In this document: positions 19,548 to 30,338 of the stretch, one piece after another
How the letters are laid out: the number at the start of each line of letters is the position of its first letter
Numbering within the stretch: the stretch's first letter is position 1
Origin: Spirochaetia bacterium
GTDB lineage: Bacteria > Spirochaetota > Spirochaetia > SZUA-6 > Bin103
NCBI GenBank assembly: GCA_965203055.1
Contig: OZ241863.1
Coordinates: forward strand, 4,480,001-4,544,000
Direction of reading: 5' to 3'
DNA length: 64,000 bases
Translations under genes and position numbers: made by a program
The notes under the pieces: generated by a model
Told to the model about the DNA's origin: nothing
What the model saw: only the letters and a program-made list of their open reading frames with translations
The model's database searches: none

Positions 19548-20294
19548 TCACTCGCCAGGTTCGTTGCGGCGCGGTTCGCCGCCGCCGCCGCTCGCTGCGA
19601 ACCGCTCCAGCAGGAGGGTCAGGCGCTTGCGGAACAGCACGCCGACGCCGAACAGCGCCACCGCTACGGCCAGCACCACTCCGGCGAACAGCCAGCGCTC
19701 CCCGGCTGCGGCGTCGCCCATCACCACGCTGCCCACGATGCCCGGCAGCCGGCCGCAGGTAGAGATGGCGATGAACACGACGAACCGCATGCGCGACAGG
19801 CCGGCGACGTAGCAGAGAATGTCCTTGGGGATGCCCGGTATCAGAAAGAACAGGAAGAACGTTGCGGTGGCGCGCGGCGACGCCGCCACCCGGCGCATCC
19901 GGTCGAGCTTCTCGCGCGCCAGGATGGCGCCCAGGAATTCGGTGCCCAGCAGGCGTGAGGCCAGAAACGCCACGCCCGAGCCAATGGCGATTCCCACCGA
20001 GGTGAGGAGCAGGCCGCCGGCTATCCCGAACAGGTAGCCGCTGGCGATCTGCGGCACCTCACCGGGAATGATGAAGATGACCACCTGCATTACCTGGACC
20101 CCGATGAATACCAGCGGCGCCACGACCCCGAATCCGCGCACCCAGGCGCGCAGCTCGTCGGGTGCGGTGGCCACCGCCCAGAGCTGCTCGCGAAACAACA
20201 GGATGAGCGCCGCCATGGCGGCGAACAGGAGCGGATAGGCCAGCAGCGCCAGCACCCGGCGGGCGCGCGGGGCGGAGGAACGAGCATCAGCCAT
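19548..20294 (-). CDS. TVP38/TMEM64 (DedA/SNARE-associated) membrane protein
   Basis: QVVIFIIPGE, G.LFG, FLIPGIPKDILCY.AGLS, GRLP. Confidence 0.88.
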   Translation of the reverse strand: MADARSSAPRARRVLALLAYPLLFAAMAALILLFREQLWAVATAPDELRAWVRGFGVVAPLVFIGVQVMQVVIFIIPGEVPQIASGYLFGIAGGLLLTSVGIAIGSGVAFLASRLLGTEFLGAILAREKLDRMRRVAASPRATATFFLFFLIPGIPKDILCYVAGLSRMRFVVFIAISTCGRLPGIVGSVVMGDAAAGERWLFAGVVLAVAVALFGVGVLFRKRLTLLLERFAASGGGGEPRRNEPGE

Positions 20295-20418
20295 GCGTGG
20301 GCCCCAATATAGCGCGTTCCACGTCGGGATGCCGCGTTGTGCCGCGTTGTTGGCACACGTGATTGTCTGTCGTTATATTCCCGATAATGTTGACGTTGCG
20401 TGCACTTGGGAGCCTCGA

Positions 20419-21366
20419 GTGAGGGCAGCCGCGGTTCCTCCGGCAGCCGAGCCGCCGGTGTCTCCGGCGTTGCCGGCAGCATCCGCGGGAGCGGCGTCGG
20501 GCACGGCGGAGGCTTTGCCCGCGACCGAGACCGAGATCCCGGACACCGAGACCCCGGCCGCCGCGGCGGCGGCCGGCAACGGGCCGCGCGATCCAGCTTC
20601 CGGCGCGGCCGCGGCCGCGCCGGAAGCCGCCCCGGCGGCCGCCGCGGAGCCGGCTGCCAAGTCGAAGCCGGCCACGAAGAAGACGGCCCGCTCCAGGGCC
20701 GGCCGGAAGGCCGCCGAGCAGAGTGGGGCCGGCGGCGCCCGGACCGCCGCCAAGACTGCGGCCAGGCCGGCCGCCCGGTCGCGCGCCAGGAACGCGGCCG
20801 CGCCCGACTCCAAGGCCAACGGCAAGGCGCCGGCCGCCAAGGGCAGGAGCAGCCAGAGGAGCAGGAAACGGCGGCTGCAGTACCGGGTGGGCCAGCAACT
20901 CGTCTACCCGCTGCAGGGAGTCGGCCAGGTGCGCAACATCGAGGAGCGGCCGTTCCGCGACCGGACGCTGCTCTACTACGTGGTCTACCTCGAAGTGTCA
21001 GACATGACCATCATGGTACCGGTGGACCGGGCTGACGAGTTGGGGATCCGGGCGATCGTGCCGCGCGCCGAGGCGCGCAGCGCGCTGGCTCTCATCGGTG
21101 AGGACTACGAGCCGATTCCCACCGACTGGAAGCTGCGCTATCAGATGAACCTGGACTTGCTCAAGGCCGGGGCGGTAAGCGACATCGCCACCGTCGTACG
21201 CGCGCTCTACCACCGCAGTCGGATCAAGGAGCTGCCGATTCTGGAGCGCAAGCTTTATGACAACGCGCGCTCCCTGCTGGTGGACGAGTTGTCGTTCTCG
21301 TTGGGCAAGGACAAGGCCAAGGTCGAAGAGCTGATCAACTCGCGCCTGGAAGTGGGCGTCAAGTAG
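20419..21366 (+). CDS. carD: CarD family transcriptional regulator with long low-complexity N-terminal extension (start uncertain)
   Basis: YRVGQQLVYPLQGVG..MTIMVPV..GIR..WKLRYQMNLDLLKAG..ERKLYDNA..LVDELS is a CarD/CdnL domain. Confidence 0.85.
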   Translation: MRAAAVPPAAEPPVSPALPAASAGAASGTAEALPATETEIPDTETPAAAAAAGNGPRDPASGAAAAAPEAAPAAAAEPAAKSKPATKKTARSRAGRKAAEQSGAGGARTAAKTAARPAARSRARNAAAPDSKANGKAPAAKGRSSQRSRKRRLQYRVGQQLVYPLQGVGQVRNIEERPFRDRTLLYYVVYLEVSDMTIMVPVDRADELGIRAIVPRAEARSALALIGEDYEPIPTDWKLRYQMNLDLLKAGAVSDIATVVRALYHRSRIKELPILERKLYDNARSLLVDELSFSLGKDKAKVEELINSRLEVGVK

Positions 21367-21369
21367 GCG

Positions 21370-22029
21370 GTGGCGCGCCGGCGCATCCCCTGGAAGCGCA
21401 CCCTCGACAGCTTCGCGCGGCGGGTCGGGCGGGACCCGCCGGCGGTTACCCGGTTGGCGGCTGAACGGCGCGATCCGTTCCGGGTGCTGGTCTCGACCAT
21501 CATCTCGCTACGCACCAAGGACGAGGTAACGGGACCGGCCGCGCGCCGCCTGCTGGCCCGCGCTCCCGCGGCGGCCGAGTTGGCCGCGCTCCCCGCGGCG
21601 GAGATTGCCGAGCTGATCTACCCGGCCGGGTTCTACCGCACCAAGGGAAGGCACCTGCGGGAGATGGCCGCCGCCCTGCTGCGCGACCACGCCGCCGCGG
21701 TTCCGGCGGCGCTGCCGGCCCTGCTGCGCCTGCCGGGAGTGGGACGCAAGACCGCCAACCTGGTGCTGGGACTGGGTTTCGGCATTCCGGCTATCTGCGT
21801 GGATACCCACGTGCACCGCATCTGCAACCGTCTGGGCTGGGTGAACACGCGCGCGCCGGACGCCACCGAGCTGGCGCTGGCGCGCGTGCTGCCGCGGCAG
21901 TACTGGATTCCGATCAACGCCATCATGGTCAGCTACGGCCAGCAGGTATGCACCCCGCTCGCACCTCACTGTTCCCGCTGTCCGGTCGGGGGCACCTGCC
22001 CGCGCCGCGGCGTCACCCGCCACCGCTGA
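21370..22029 (+). CDS. nth: Endonuclease III
   Basis: LVSTIISLRTKD, HhH LPGVGRKTANLV, VDTHVHRI, and 4Fe-4S motif C-x6-C-x2-C-x5-C. Confidence 0.93.
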   Translation: MARRRIPWKRTLDSFARRVGRDPPAVTRLAAERRDPFRVLVSTIISLRTKDEVTGPAARRLLARAPAAAELAALPAAEIAELIYPAGFYRTKGRHLREMAAALLRDHAAAVPAALPALLRLPGVGRKTANLVLGLGFGIPAICVDTHVHRICNRLGWVNTRAPDATELALARVLPRQYWIPINAIMVSYGQQVCTPLAPHCSRCPVGGTCPRRGVTRHR

Positions 22030-22039
22030 GGACGTCCGG

Positions 22040-22612
22040 TCAGTCCTTCTCCAATTCGTTGATCCGGTCTCGCAGCTTGGCGGCCTGCTCGTAGTCTTCG
22101 TCCCGGACCGCGGCGTCGAGCTCGTGGCGCAGCTTGGTGAGCAGCGAGGTCCCCCCGGTGGAGGACTCCTCCTTCGCCTGCGCCGCGCGGCCGCCGTCAT
22201 CGACTCCCGCCACCGAGCTCACCGGCATACCGGCGTGATCGATCACGTCCTCGTCGATGAAGATCGGACACTTTACTCGCACCGCCAACGCCATGCAGTC
22301 GGAGGGCCGGGCGTCGACCACCAGCTCCTCTTCGTCCTGGAGCAGGATCAGGCGGGCATAGAAGATCTGGTCGTTGATGGCGGTAATCTCGACGCGGCTC
22401 ACCTCGGCCTCGAGGCGCTGCAGGACCGACAGGAACAGATCATGGGTGAGCGGCCGCGCCGCGTTGACCTCGCCCAGACCCATGACGATGGAGTGGGCGA
22501 TGCTGGGATCGACGAAGATCGGTACCACCGAGTCGCTGCCGGTGGGACGGATCAACACGGCGTTGCCATCCTGGGCCTTGACCACGGTCCAGATGTCAGC
22601 CGGTACCAACAC
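22040..22612 (-). CDS. Bifunctional nuclease family (DUF151) protein with C-terminal UVR domain
   Basis: PIFV, RPLTHDL, DARPSD..ALA; tail LDAAVRDEDYEQAAKLRDRI. Confidence 0.9.
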   Translation of the reverse strand: MLVPADIWTVVKAQDGNAVLIRPTGSDSVVPIFVDPSIAHSIVMGLGEVNAARPLTHDLFLSVLQRLEAEVSRVEITAINDQIFYARLILLQDEEELVVDARPSDCMALAVRVKCPIFIDEDVIDHAGMPVSSVAGVDDGGRAAQAKEESSTGGTSLLTKLRHELDAAVRDEDYEQAAKLRDRINELEKD

Positions 22613-22639
22613 TCGTCTCTCGCACGCTGCTGCGCGGCA

Positions 22640-23890
<1,251 letters not shown>

Positions 23891-23923
23891 CGTCAGCCCC
23901 GCCGGTTGTCGCCCTGGCCGTCT

Positions 23924-24547
23924 TCATGCCTCTTTCCCATCATCGTCACTATCGCCGCGCGTCATCACACGGTCAATGAGGCCGTACGCCTGAGCCTCAT
24001 CGGAAGACATATAGTAGTCGCGTTCCAGGTCGGACGCAATCACCTCATCCTCCTTGCCGGCGTGGAGCGCGAAGTAGTGGATGATCATCTTCTTGAGGCG
24101 AATCAGCTCCCGGGCCTGGATGCCGATGTCCGCGGCCTGCCCCTGGACCCCGCCCCACGGCTGGTGAATCAGAACCCGCGCCGAGGGCAGGGCATAACGC
24201 TTGCCGTTGGTGCCGGCGGCCAACAGCAGCGCTCCCATCGACGCCGCCTGGCCGAGGCATACCGTCTGGATTTCGGGCCGCACGTACTGCATGGTGTCGT
24301 AGATGGCCAGTCCGGCGGTAACCGAGCCGCCGGGTGAGTTGATGTAGAGTTGGATGTCGCGGTCAGGATCCTGCGACTGCAGGAACAGGAGTTGGGCTAC
24401 CACCAGGTCGGCGGTCACGTCGAAGATCTCGCCGTCGATGAAGATGATGCGGTCCTTGAGCAGGCGCGAGTAGATGTCGTAGGAGCGTTCGCCGCGGCCG
24501 GTCTGTTCGATGACGATCGGGACCAGGGTGTTGAGCTGTTCATCCAT
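23924..24547 (-). CDS. clpP: ATP-dependent Clp protease proteolytic subunit
   Basis: [35 protein letters not shown]. Confidence 0.98.
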   Translation of the reverse strand: MDEQLNTLVPIVIEQTGRGERSYDIYSRLLKDRIIFIDGEIFDVTADLVVAQLLFLQSQDPDRDIQLYINSPGGSVTAGLAIYDTMQYVRPEIQTVCLGQAASMGALLLAAGTNGKRYALPSARVLIHQPWGGVQGQAADIGIQARELIRLKKMIIHYFALHAGKEDEVIASDLERDYYMSSDEAQAYGLIDRVMTRGDSDDDGKEA

Positions 24548-24586
24548 GGTGGGTTGGCGCTGCCGGCATTCGGCAGCACCGGTAAT

Positions 24587-25957
24587 TTACTGGTTCCCCG
24601 AGACCAAGTCCACATACGAGGTCTCGGGCCCCGGGGTTACCGCGCTGCCGGCGATGAGGCGGTCCAACAGCTTGTCGTTGCGTAGTTCGGCGTGCACGTG
24701 ATGGATCAGGTGGTCGCGCTCATACTGCATGCGCAGTTCCTCCACGCTGATCCCGCGGGCCTCCGCCCGCGGGGTCAGAAAGACGTCCAGGTCCTCCTTG
24801 TTGACCTCGATTCCTTCCATCTCCGCCAACTCGTCCCGCAGCAGGCCGACGCGCGCGCGGCGCTCGACCAGCGGCCGGCACTGTTCCAACACGCCCTCCT
24901 TGGTCACCCCGCGGGCGGCCAGCGCTGCCTCGTACCGCTTGGCGTCGCCGCCGAAGCGGGCAACGATCTCGCGCCACTCGATATCCAGCTCGGCGGCGAT
25001 CAGCGATTTCGGCAGGGACACCTGCGACGCCGCCAGCACCTGGTCCATGAACTGGAGGATGAGTCGGTCACGCACCAGCCGATCGGCATTGCTCTGCAGT
25101 TGGCGGCGCAGGTCGGCCTTCAGGTCGTCCAGCGTCTGGAAGCGGTCGCTGATGTCCTGGGCGAGTTCGTCGTCGAGGTCGGGGAGCTTCTTCTCCTTGA
25201 TCGAGGTCACCGTTACCCTGAGCGTCACCGTACGACCGGCCAGGTCGGAATGCCGGTAGTCGGCGGGAAACGACTTGGTAATTACCTTCTCGGCGCCGCG
25301 CGCCATTCCCTCCAGCTCGGCATCCATCTCGTAGATGTTGTACCCGCTGCCGACCTCGAACACGAAGTCACGGCGTTCGCTGTCCGCCACCGGCTGGCCG
25401 GCGGCATCCAGCTCGACGTAGTTGACCGTCACCACGTCGCCGTTCGCCACCGCCACCTGGCCGGCGGGGTCCGCCGGCTTGTCCAGCACCTCGGCGTTCT
25501 GCTCCTGCAGCCGGTTGAGCTCCGGCTCCAGGTCGGCGTCGGTGATCGTGACCTGGGGGCGCGACAGCGGCAGATTCTGGTACGCGCCAAGCACCACCAG
25601 GGGCGTGGTGTCGTAGGTGACGGTGAAGGTAAAATCTTCGCCGAGCGCCAATTCGGAGTCTGCGCCCACCGTCGGCGGAGCGAACGGCAGCGGCTTGTGC
25701 TCGATCTCCGCGACCACCTGGAGCACGGTCTTGTTGATCACCTCGTCGGCGGTCTGGGCGAGCAGCGCCGAACCGAACTTGCGGATCAGCACCTCACGCG
25801 GCGCTCTACCGCGCCGGAAGCCTTTGATCTGGGCGGTGCGGCGCAGTTTGGAGACGATGCGGTCGTAGATCTCCCGGATGCTGCTGTCGGCCACCGTGAC
25901 GGTGAGGCTGACTTCGCGGTCGTCGGAGACGGATAGATCCCGGGTAGTGACGTTCAC
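24587..25957 (-). CDS. tig: Trigger factor
   Basis: GFRRGRAP ribosome-binding motif, FKBP-like middle (FPADY...LAG), position upstream of clpP-clpX. Confidence 0.95.
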   Translation of the reverse strand: MNVTTRDLSVSDDREVSLTVTVADSSIREIYDRIVSKLRRTAQIKGFRRGRAPREVLIRKFGSALLAQTADEVINKTVLQVVAEIEHKPLPFAPPTVGADSELALGEDFTFTVTYDTTPLVVLGAYQNLPLSRPQVTITDADLEPELNRLQEQNAEVLDKPADPAGQVAVANGDVVTVNYVELDAAGQPVADSERRDFVFEVGSGYNIYEMDAELEGMARGAEKVITKSFPADYRHSDLAGRTVTLRVTVTSIKEKKLPDLDDELAQDISDRFQTLDDLKADLRRQLQSNADRLVRDRLILQFMDQVLAASQVSLPKSLIAAELDIEWREIVARFGGDAKRYEAALAARGVTKEGVLEQCRPLVERRARVGLLRDELAEMEGIEVNKEDLDVFLTPRAEARGISVEELRMQYERDHLIHHVHAELRNDKLLDRLIAGSAVTPGPETSYVDLVSGNQ

Positions 25958-25979
25958 TGCTGCTGCCTGGGCTTCGACG

Positions 25980-26051
25980 AGCGGGAAACGGGATTCGAAC
26001 CCGCGACTTCCACCTTGGCAAGGTGGAGCTCTACCACTGAGCTATTCCCGC
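25980..26051 (-). tRNA. tRNA-Gly(GCC)
   Basis: GCGGGAATAGCTCAGTGGTAGAGC..CCACC-TTGCCAA-GGTGG..GGTTCGAATCC..TTCCCGCT. Confidence 0.97.
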
Positions 26052-26056
26052 TGGAT

Positions 26057-26138
26057 TGCGAGAGAAGGGACTCGAACCCTTACGCCTCGCGGCACCAGAT
26101 CCTAAATCTGGCGTGTCTGCCGATTTCACCACTCTCGC
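26057..26138 (-). tRNA. tRNA-Leu(TAG)
   Basis: GCGAGAGTGGTGAAATCGGCAGACAC..CCAGA-TTTAGGA-TCTGG, long variable arm, GGTTCGAGTCC. Confidence 0.96.
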
Positions 26139-26206
26139 TCGTACCGGAGTGCGCCGTTCCCCAAATCCGCCGGACGCGAGGCCCGCGGGCGCGGACCCCG
26201 CGGCAC

Positions 26207-26279
26207 TGAGCCGTGAAGGGATCGAACCTTCGACCCGCAGATTAAGAGTCTGCTGCTCTACCAGCTGAGCTAACGGCCC
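26207..26279 (-). tRNA. tRNA-Lys(CTT)
   Basis: GGGCCGTTAGCTCAGCTGGTAGAGC..GCAGA-CTCTTAA-TCTGC..GGTTCGATCC. Confidence 0.97.
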
Positions 26280-26400
26280 TCGACGTCCTGCGGCCACTCG
26301 GTTCCGTGGTGCGCGCCATCGCCACTGCAGGACCTGATACCTCCTCGCCGTCACGCGGCGCCACCCCCCGGGTTTCGTGGACTCGGACAACGTTCTGCTC

Positions 26401-26474
<74 letters not shown>

Positions 26475-26487
26475 CAGAACGTCGGCG

Positions 26488-26560
26488 GGTGGGTGATGGG
26501 GCTTGAACCCACAACTTCCAGATCCACAGTCTGGTGCTCTACCATTGAACTACACCCACC
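26488..26560 (-). tRNA. tRNA-His(GTG)
   Basis: G-1 GTGGGTG..CCAGA-CTGTGGA-TCTGG..GGTTCAAGCC..CACCCACC. Confidence 0.96.
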
Positions 26561-26609
26561 GAGTGATGCGAACCCGTCCGGCCCGCGCGCACGTCGTGTC
26601 GCGAAGCAT

Positions 26610-26639
26610 AGGGTACGCAGAGCCGTCCGGCGCTGTCAA
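26610..26639 (-). promoter_or_regulatory. Putative sigma70 promoter of the tRNA-tig-clpP-clpX run
   Basis: TTGACA-18 bp-TACCCT on the minus strand upstream of tRNA-His. Confidence 0.55.
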
Positions 26640-26701
26640 CCCATGGCCGCGGCGGCAGCGGCAGCAGCGGGCGGCGGCCGCCGGCGCGGCGCCCGGTCCG
26701 G

Positions 26702-27112
26702 TCAGCGGCGCTGCAGGTCGAGGGCCGCGGAGTTGACGCAGTAGCGCAGGCCGGTGGGCGCCGGTCCATCCTCGAACAGGTGCCCCAGGTGAGCCTCGCA
26801 ACGGCTGCACAGCACCTCGGTGCGGCGCATGAACAGGCTGTTGTCCGGTGCGGTCCGCACGCGCTCCGCGGCGACCGGGGAGCTGAAGCTCGGCCAGCCG
26901 GTGCCGGAGTCGAACTTGGCGGCGGAGTCGAACAGCTCGTTGCCGCAGGCTACGCAGCGATAGGTGCCGGCCTCCTTGCTCTTCCAGTAGGCGCCCGAGA
27001 ACGGCGCCTCGGTGCCCTTCCTGCGGGTGACGTGGTACTGCTCGGGGGTGAGCTCCCGGCGCCACTCGGCGTCGCTCTTGCGCACCTGCGGCGCGCGCCG
27101 GTCGTTGCTCAT
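26702..27112 (-). CDS. msrB: Peptide methionine sulfoxide reductase MsrB
   Basis: [42 protein letters not shown]. Confidence 0.96.
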   Translation of the reverse strand: MSNDRRAPQVRKSDAEWRRELTPEQYHVTRRKGTEAPFSGAYWKSKEAGTYRCVACGNELFDSAAKFDSGTGWPSFSSPVAAERVRTAPDNSLFMRRTEVLCSRCEAHLGHLFEDGPAPTGLRYCVNSAALDLQRR

Positions 27113-27208
27113 TGCGCTTCCTCCTCGCGCGGTGCCAGCCGCCGCCGGCAACGCCGCGCGCCAATCTGACCATGAACCGATGCCGGTGTCGACCAGCCGG
27201 CGGCGCTC

Positions 27209-27766
27209 CTACAGGCCGAGTTCATCCGCCGCTTCGCGCAGCGCCAGGATCACGGTGCGAATCAGGTCGTCGAGCTCCGTCCCCAGCATCCGGGCGCCCC
27301 GCATGATCACCTCGCGGTCGACCCCGGCGGCGAAGTTGGCGCTCTTCCACTTCTTCCTGACCGACTTCACCTCCAGGTCGCGCACGCTCTTCGACGGCCG
27401 CACCAGCGCGCAGGCAGTTATGAACCCGGTCAGTTCGTCGACCGCGTAGAGCGTCTTCTCCAACTCGGTGCGCGGCTCCACGTCAGTGCAAATCTGCCAA
27501 CCGTGGGACATTACCGCGCGCCCGCAGGAGTCGGGCCAGCCCTTGGCATTGAGGATCTGCGCGGTCTTGCGGCAGTGCTGCGCGGGAAACTTCTCCCAGT
27601 CCAGGTCGTGCACCAGGCCGACGACCGCCCAGCGTTCGGCGTCCTCGCCGCGGCCGCGGGCGACGTACTCCATGGCGGCGGCCACCGCCCGGCAGTGGTT
27701 GCGTAGCGCGGGGCTGTCGATGTACTGGTGCAGGAGCTCCTCGGCGTCCTTTCGCGTCGGTTCCAT
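27209..27766 (-). CDS. HD/HDIG domain metal-dependent hydrolase
   Basis: LRNHC..V, GLVHDLDWE, SHG, LYAVDELTGFI.A..LVRP, FAAGVDRE. Confidence 0.88.
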   Translation of the reverse strand: MEPTRKDAEELLHQYIDSPALRNHCRAVAAAMEYVARGRGEDAERWAVVGLVHDLDWEKFPAQHCRKTAQILNAKGWPDSCGRAVMSHGWQICTDVEPRTELEKTLYAVDELTGFITACALVRPSKSVRDLEVKSVRKKWKSANFAAGVDREVIMRGARMLGTELDDLIRTVILALREAADELGL

Positions 27767-27877
27767 GGCGCCGATTGTACGCGCCGCGGCGGCCGGCTGG
27801 CCAGCCGGCCGCCAGCTCCGCCGGCTGGGCCGCGGGTGACACGAGGCGCGCTGCAACAGTAATGTTTCGCGGATTCC

Positions 27878-29419
27878 ATGGCCAATCTCGTCAGCTCCTA
27901 CCTGGCGGCTACCCCCGCTTCCCAAGTAACCGCCGCGATGGCGGGTTACGTCGCCGCTCTGGATCAACTCTACGACGCCGCCCCCGAAGTCGCCGCCGCC
28001 GTGGTCCGGGAGCTGGCCGACCAGCGCGCCCACCTGAAGCTGATCGCCAGCGAGAACTACGCCTCCCTCGCGGTGCAGGCCGCCATGGGCAACCTGCTCA
28101 CCGACAAGTACGCCGAAGGGGTGCCGGGGCACCGCTTCTACGCCGGCTGCGCCAACGTCGACGCGGTGGAACGGCGCGCCGCGGCGTTGGCGCGCGACCT
28201 GTTCGGCGCCGACCACGCCTACGTGCAGCCGCACAGCGGCGCGGATGCCAACCTGGTGGCCTTCTGGGCCATCCTGGCGGTGCGGGTGGAGCAGCCGCGG
28301 CTGGCCCGGCTGGGGGTGAAGTCGGCCCTGGCGCTGGCCGCGGAGGATTGGGAGCGGCTGCGCGCCGAGCTGGGCAACCAGCGCCTGCTGGGGATGGAAC
28401 TGGGCGCCGGCGGGCACCTGACCCATGGCTACCGTCCCAACGTTTCCGGGCGCATGTTCGAGTGCCACGGCTACGGGGTGGATTCCGCTAGCGGCCGTCT
28501 GGACTACGAGGAGCTGGAGCGCCGTGCCCGGCAGGTGCGTCCCCTGATCCTGCTGGCCGGCTACAGCGCCTATCCGCGGGCGATCGATTTCCGCCGGCTG
28601 CGCCGTATCGCCGACGCCGCGGGGGCGGTGCTGATGGTGGACATGGCCCACTTCGCCGGTCTGGTTGCCGGCGGCGCGCTGCGCGGCGACTACGATCCGG
28701 TGCCGTTCGCCGACGTAGTGACTTCCACCACCCACAAGACGCTGCGCGGCCCGCGGGGGGGCCTGATCCTGTGCCGCGAGGAGTTTGCCGAAGCGGTCGA
28801 TCGGGGCTGCCCGCTGGTACTCGGCGGTCCGCTGCCGCACGTCATGGCGGCCAAGGCGGTGGCCTTTGCCGAAGCCGCCCGGCCCCGGTTTGCCGGCTAT
28901 GCGCGCCAAGTCGTAGCCAATGCCCGGGCGCTGGCCGCGGCGTGCGCCGACCACGGCCTGGAGGTCGTTACCGGCGGCACGGACAATCACCTGCTGCTGC
29001 TGGACGTCACTCGCTGCGCGCTGACCGGACGCCAGGCCGAGTCGGCGCTGCGCGACGCCGGGATCATGGCCAATCGCAACACCCTCCCGGGGGACCGCAA
29101 CGGCCCCTGGTACACTTCGGGGTTGCGCCTCGGCACGCCGGCGTTGACCACGCTCGGCATGCGACAGGAGCAGATGGCCGCAGTCGCCGCGGCCGTTGCG
29201 CGGGTGCTCGCCGCCACTACCCCCGCGGCCATCGTCAAGGGGCGCCGCGCCGGCGCCCCCAGCCGCACGCACTACCACGTCGACCCGGCGGTACGGTCGG
29301 CCGTGCGCGGCGAGGTAGCGCACCTGCTGCGGCGGTTTCCGGCCTATCCCGAGCTGGATCTCGCGACCCTGCAACGCCTCCTGGCAGGCGCCGAACGCAC
29401 GCGGCCGGAACCGGTCTGA
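27878..29419 (+). CDS. glyA: Serine hydroxymethyltransferase (long form)
   Basis: [64 protein letters not shown]. Confidence 0.97.
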   Translation: MANLVSSYLAATPASQVTAAMAGYVAALDQLYDAAPEVAAAVVRELADQRAHLKLIASENYASLAVQAAMGNLLTDKYAEGVPGHRFYAGCANVDAVERRAAALARDLFGADHAYVQPHSGADANLVAFWAILAVRVEQPRLARLGVKSALALAAEDWERLRAELGNQRLLGMELGAGGHLTHGYRPNVSGRMFECHGYGVDSASGRLDYEELERRARQVRPLILLAGYSAYPRAIDFRRLRRIADAAGAVLMVDMAHFAGLVAGGALRGDYDPVPFADVVTSTTHKTLRGPRGGLILCREEFAEAVDRGCPLVLGGPLPHVMAAKAVAFAEAARPRFAGYARQVVANARALAAACADHGLEVVTGGTDNHLLLLDVTRCALTGRQAESALRDAGIMANRNTLPGDRNGPWYTSGLRLGTPALTTLGMRQEQMAAVAAAVARVLAATTPAAIVKGRRAGAPSRTHYHVDPAVRSAVRGEVAHLLRRFPAYPELDLATLQRLLAGAERTRPEPV

Positions 29420-29429
29420 AGGGCCGCGT

Positions 29430-29503
29430 CGCGTCCAGCGCGACTCGAACGCGCGACCCGCAGCTTAGAAGGCTGCTGCTCTATCCGACTGAGCTATGGA
29501 CGC
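29430..29503 (-). tRNA. tRNA-Arg(TCT)
   Basis: GCGTCCATAGCTCAGTCGGATAGAGC..GCAGC-CTTCTAA-GCTGC..CGTTCGAGTCG. Confidence 0.95.
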
Positions 29504-29528
29504 AGGAGCGGGGTGACGCCGCGGCCGC

Positions 29529-30095
29529 CTAGGACGCGGCCTCCGAGCCGGCGCGGCGCTCGGTCGGGCTGAAGTGGAATCCGGCATCGTACAGATAGCC
29601 TTCCGCGCGCTCTCGTTCCGCAGGTTGCTCCAGCGCGGCCGCCAGTTCGGCAGTTGCGCACAGGTAGATGTGGCTGCCCAGGTCGCCGCCGCGCGTCAGG
29701 AGAAACGGCGTCGGAACCTGGCTCGCGGGGTCGAACTTGCGGCACTCTCGAACGGCAACGGACATCATCTCGTCGGCGTCGGTGTCGTGGTGATGCAAGG
29801 TCATCACCGCCAGATAGCGGCCGAGCGGCTGGTACGGCGGCGGCGCGGTTGCGGGCCAGTGCCTCAGGTAGCCTTCGATCATGTACAGGCCCACGATCCC
29901 ACCGGGCCATGAGCGGTCGGGATCCGGCTCCTCCGCCCAGACCAGGACGGAAGGCGCGTTGTGTTCCCGCCCTTCGACTTCCCAGCTTGCGGAGCGTTCC
30001 AACCAGCGAGTCGTGGGGCAGGCGGTCAACATCAGTGCTGCCGCCGCCAGCAATGGGGCCGCAGCCTTCGCGTGCAACGCTCGGCTTGTGCTCAT
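29529..30095 (-). CDS. Hypothetical lipoprotein
   Basis: MSTSRALHAKAAAPLLAAAALMLTA-C lipobox; GGAGG upstream of the ATG. Confidence 0.6.
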   Translation of the reverse strand: MSTSRALHAKAAAPLLAAAALMLTACPTTRWLERSASWEVEGREHNAPSVLVWAEEPDPDRSWPGGIVGLYMIEGYLRHWPATAPPPYQPLGRYLAVMTLHHHDTDADEMMSVAVRECRKFDPASQVPTPFLLTRGGDLGSHIYLCATAELAAALEQPAERERAEGYLYDAGFHFSPTERRAGSEAAS

Positions 30096-30196
30096 CTTTT
30101 GTTGCACCTCCACCGCAACGGTAAGCATACGAGTCTTGCGCGGGCAAGCGTTCGGCTCCCATATATCGACAAATGCGGCGCGGTACCCGCAGCAGA

Positions 30197-30269
30197 TCGG
30201 GATGAGAGGACTCGAACCTCCGATCTCCTGCTCCCAAAGCAGGTGCCCTGGCCCCTGGGCTACATCCCG
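30197..30269 (-). tRNA. tRNA-Pro(TGG)
   Basis: CGGGATG..CCTGC-TTTGGGA-GCAGG..GGTTCGAGTCC..CATCCCGA. Confidence 0.92.
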
Positions 30270-30280
30270 GATACCTGATG

Positions 30281-30309
30281 ACTATAGGAATGGCCGGCCC
30301 CGCGGTCAA
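30281..30309 (-). promoter_or_regulatory. Sigma70 promoter of tRNA-Pro
   Basis: TTGACC-17 bp-TATAGT immediately upstream of the tRNA. Confidence 0.7.
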
Positions 30310-30338
30310 CCGGCCGGCGCGGTGCGCGCGGGCCGCGG

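Noticed and set aside
27209..29374. 721-aa minus-strand ORF, and similarly extended ORFs at 15737, 34439, 38865, 39734, 40849 and 58287
   Set aside because: The upstream parts are stop-free shadows of neighbouring real genes; the recognisable domains start at the downstream codons used in the feature list.
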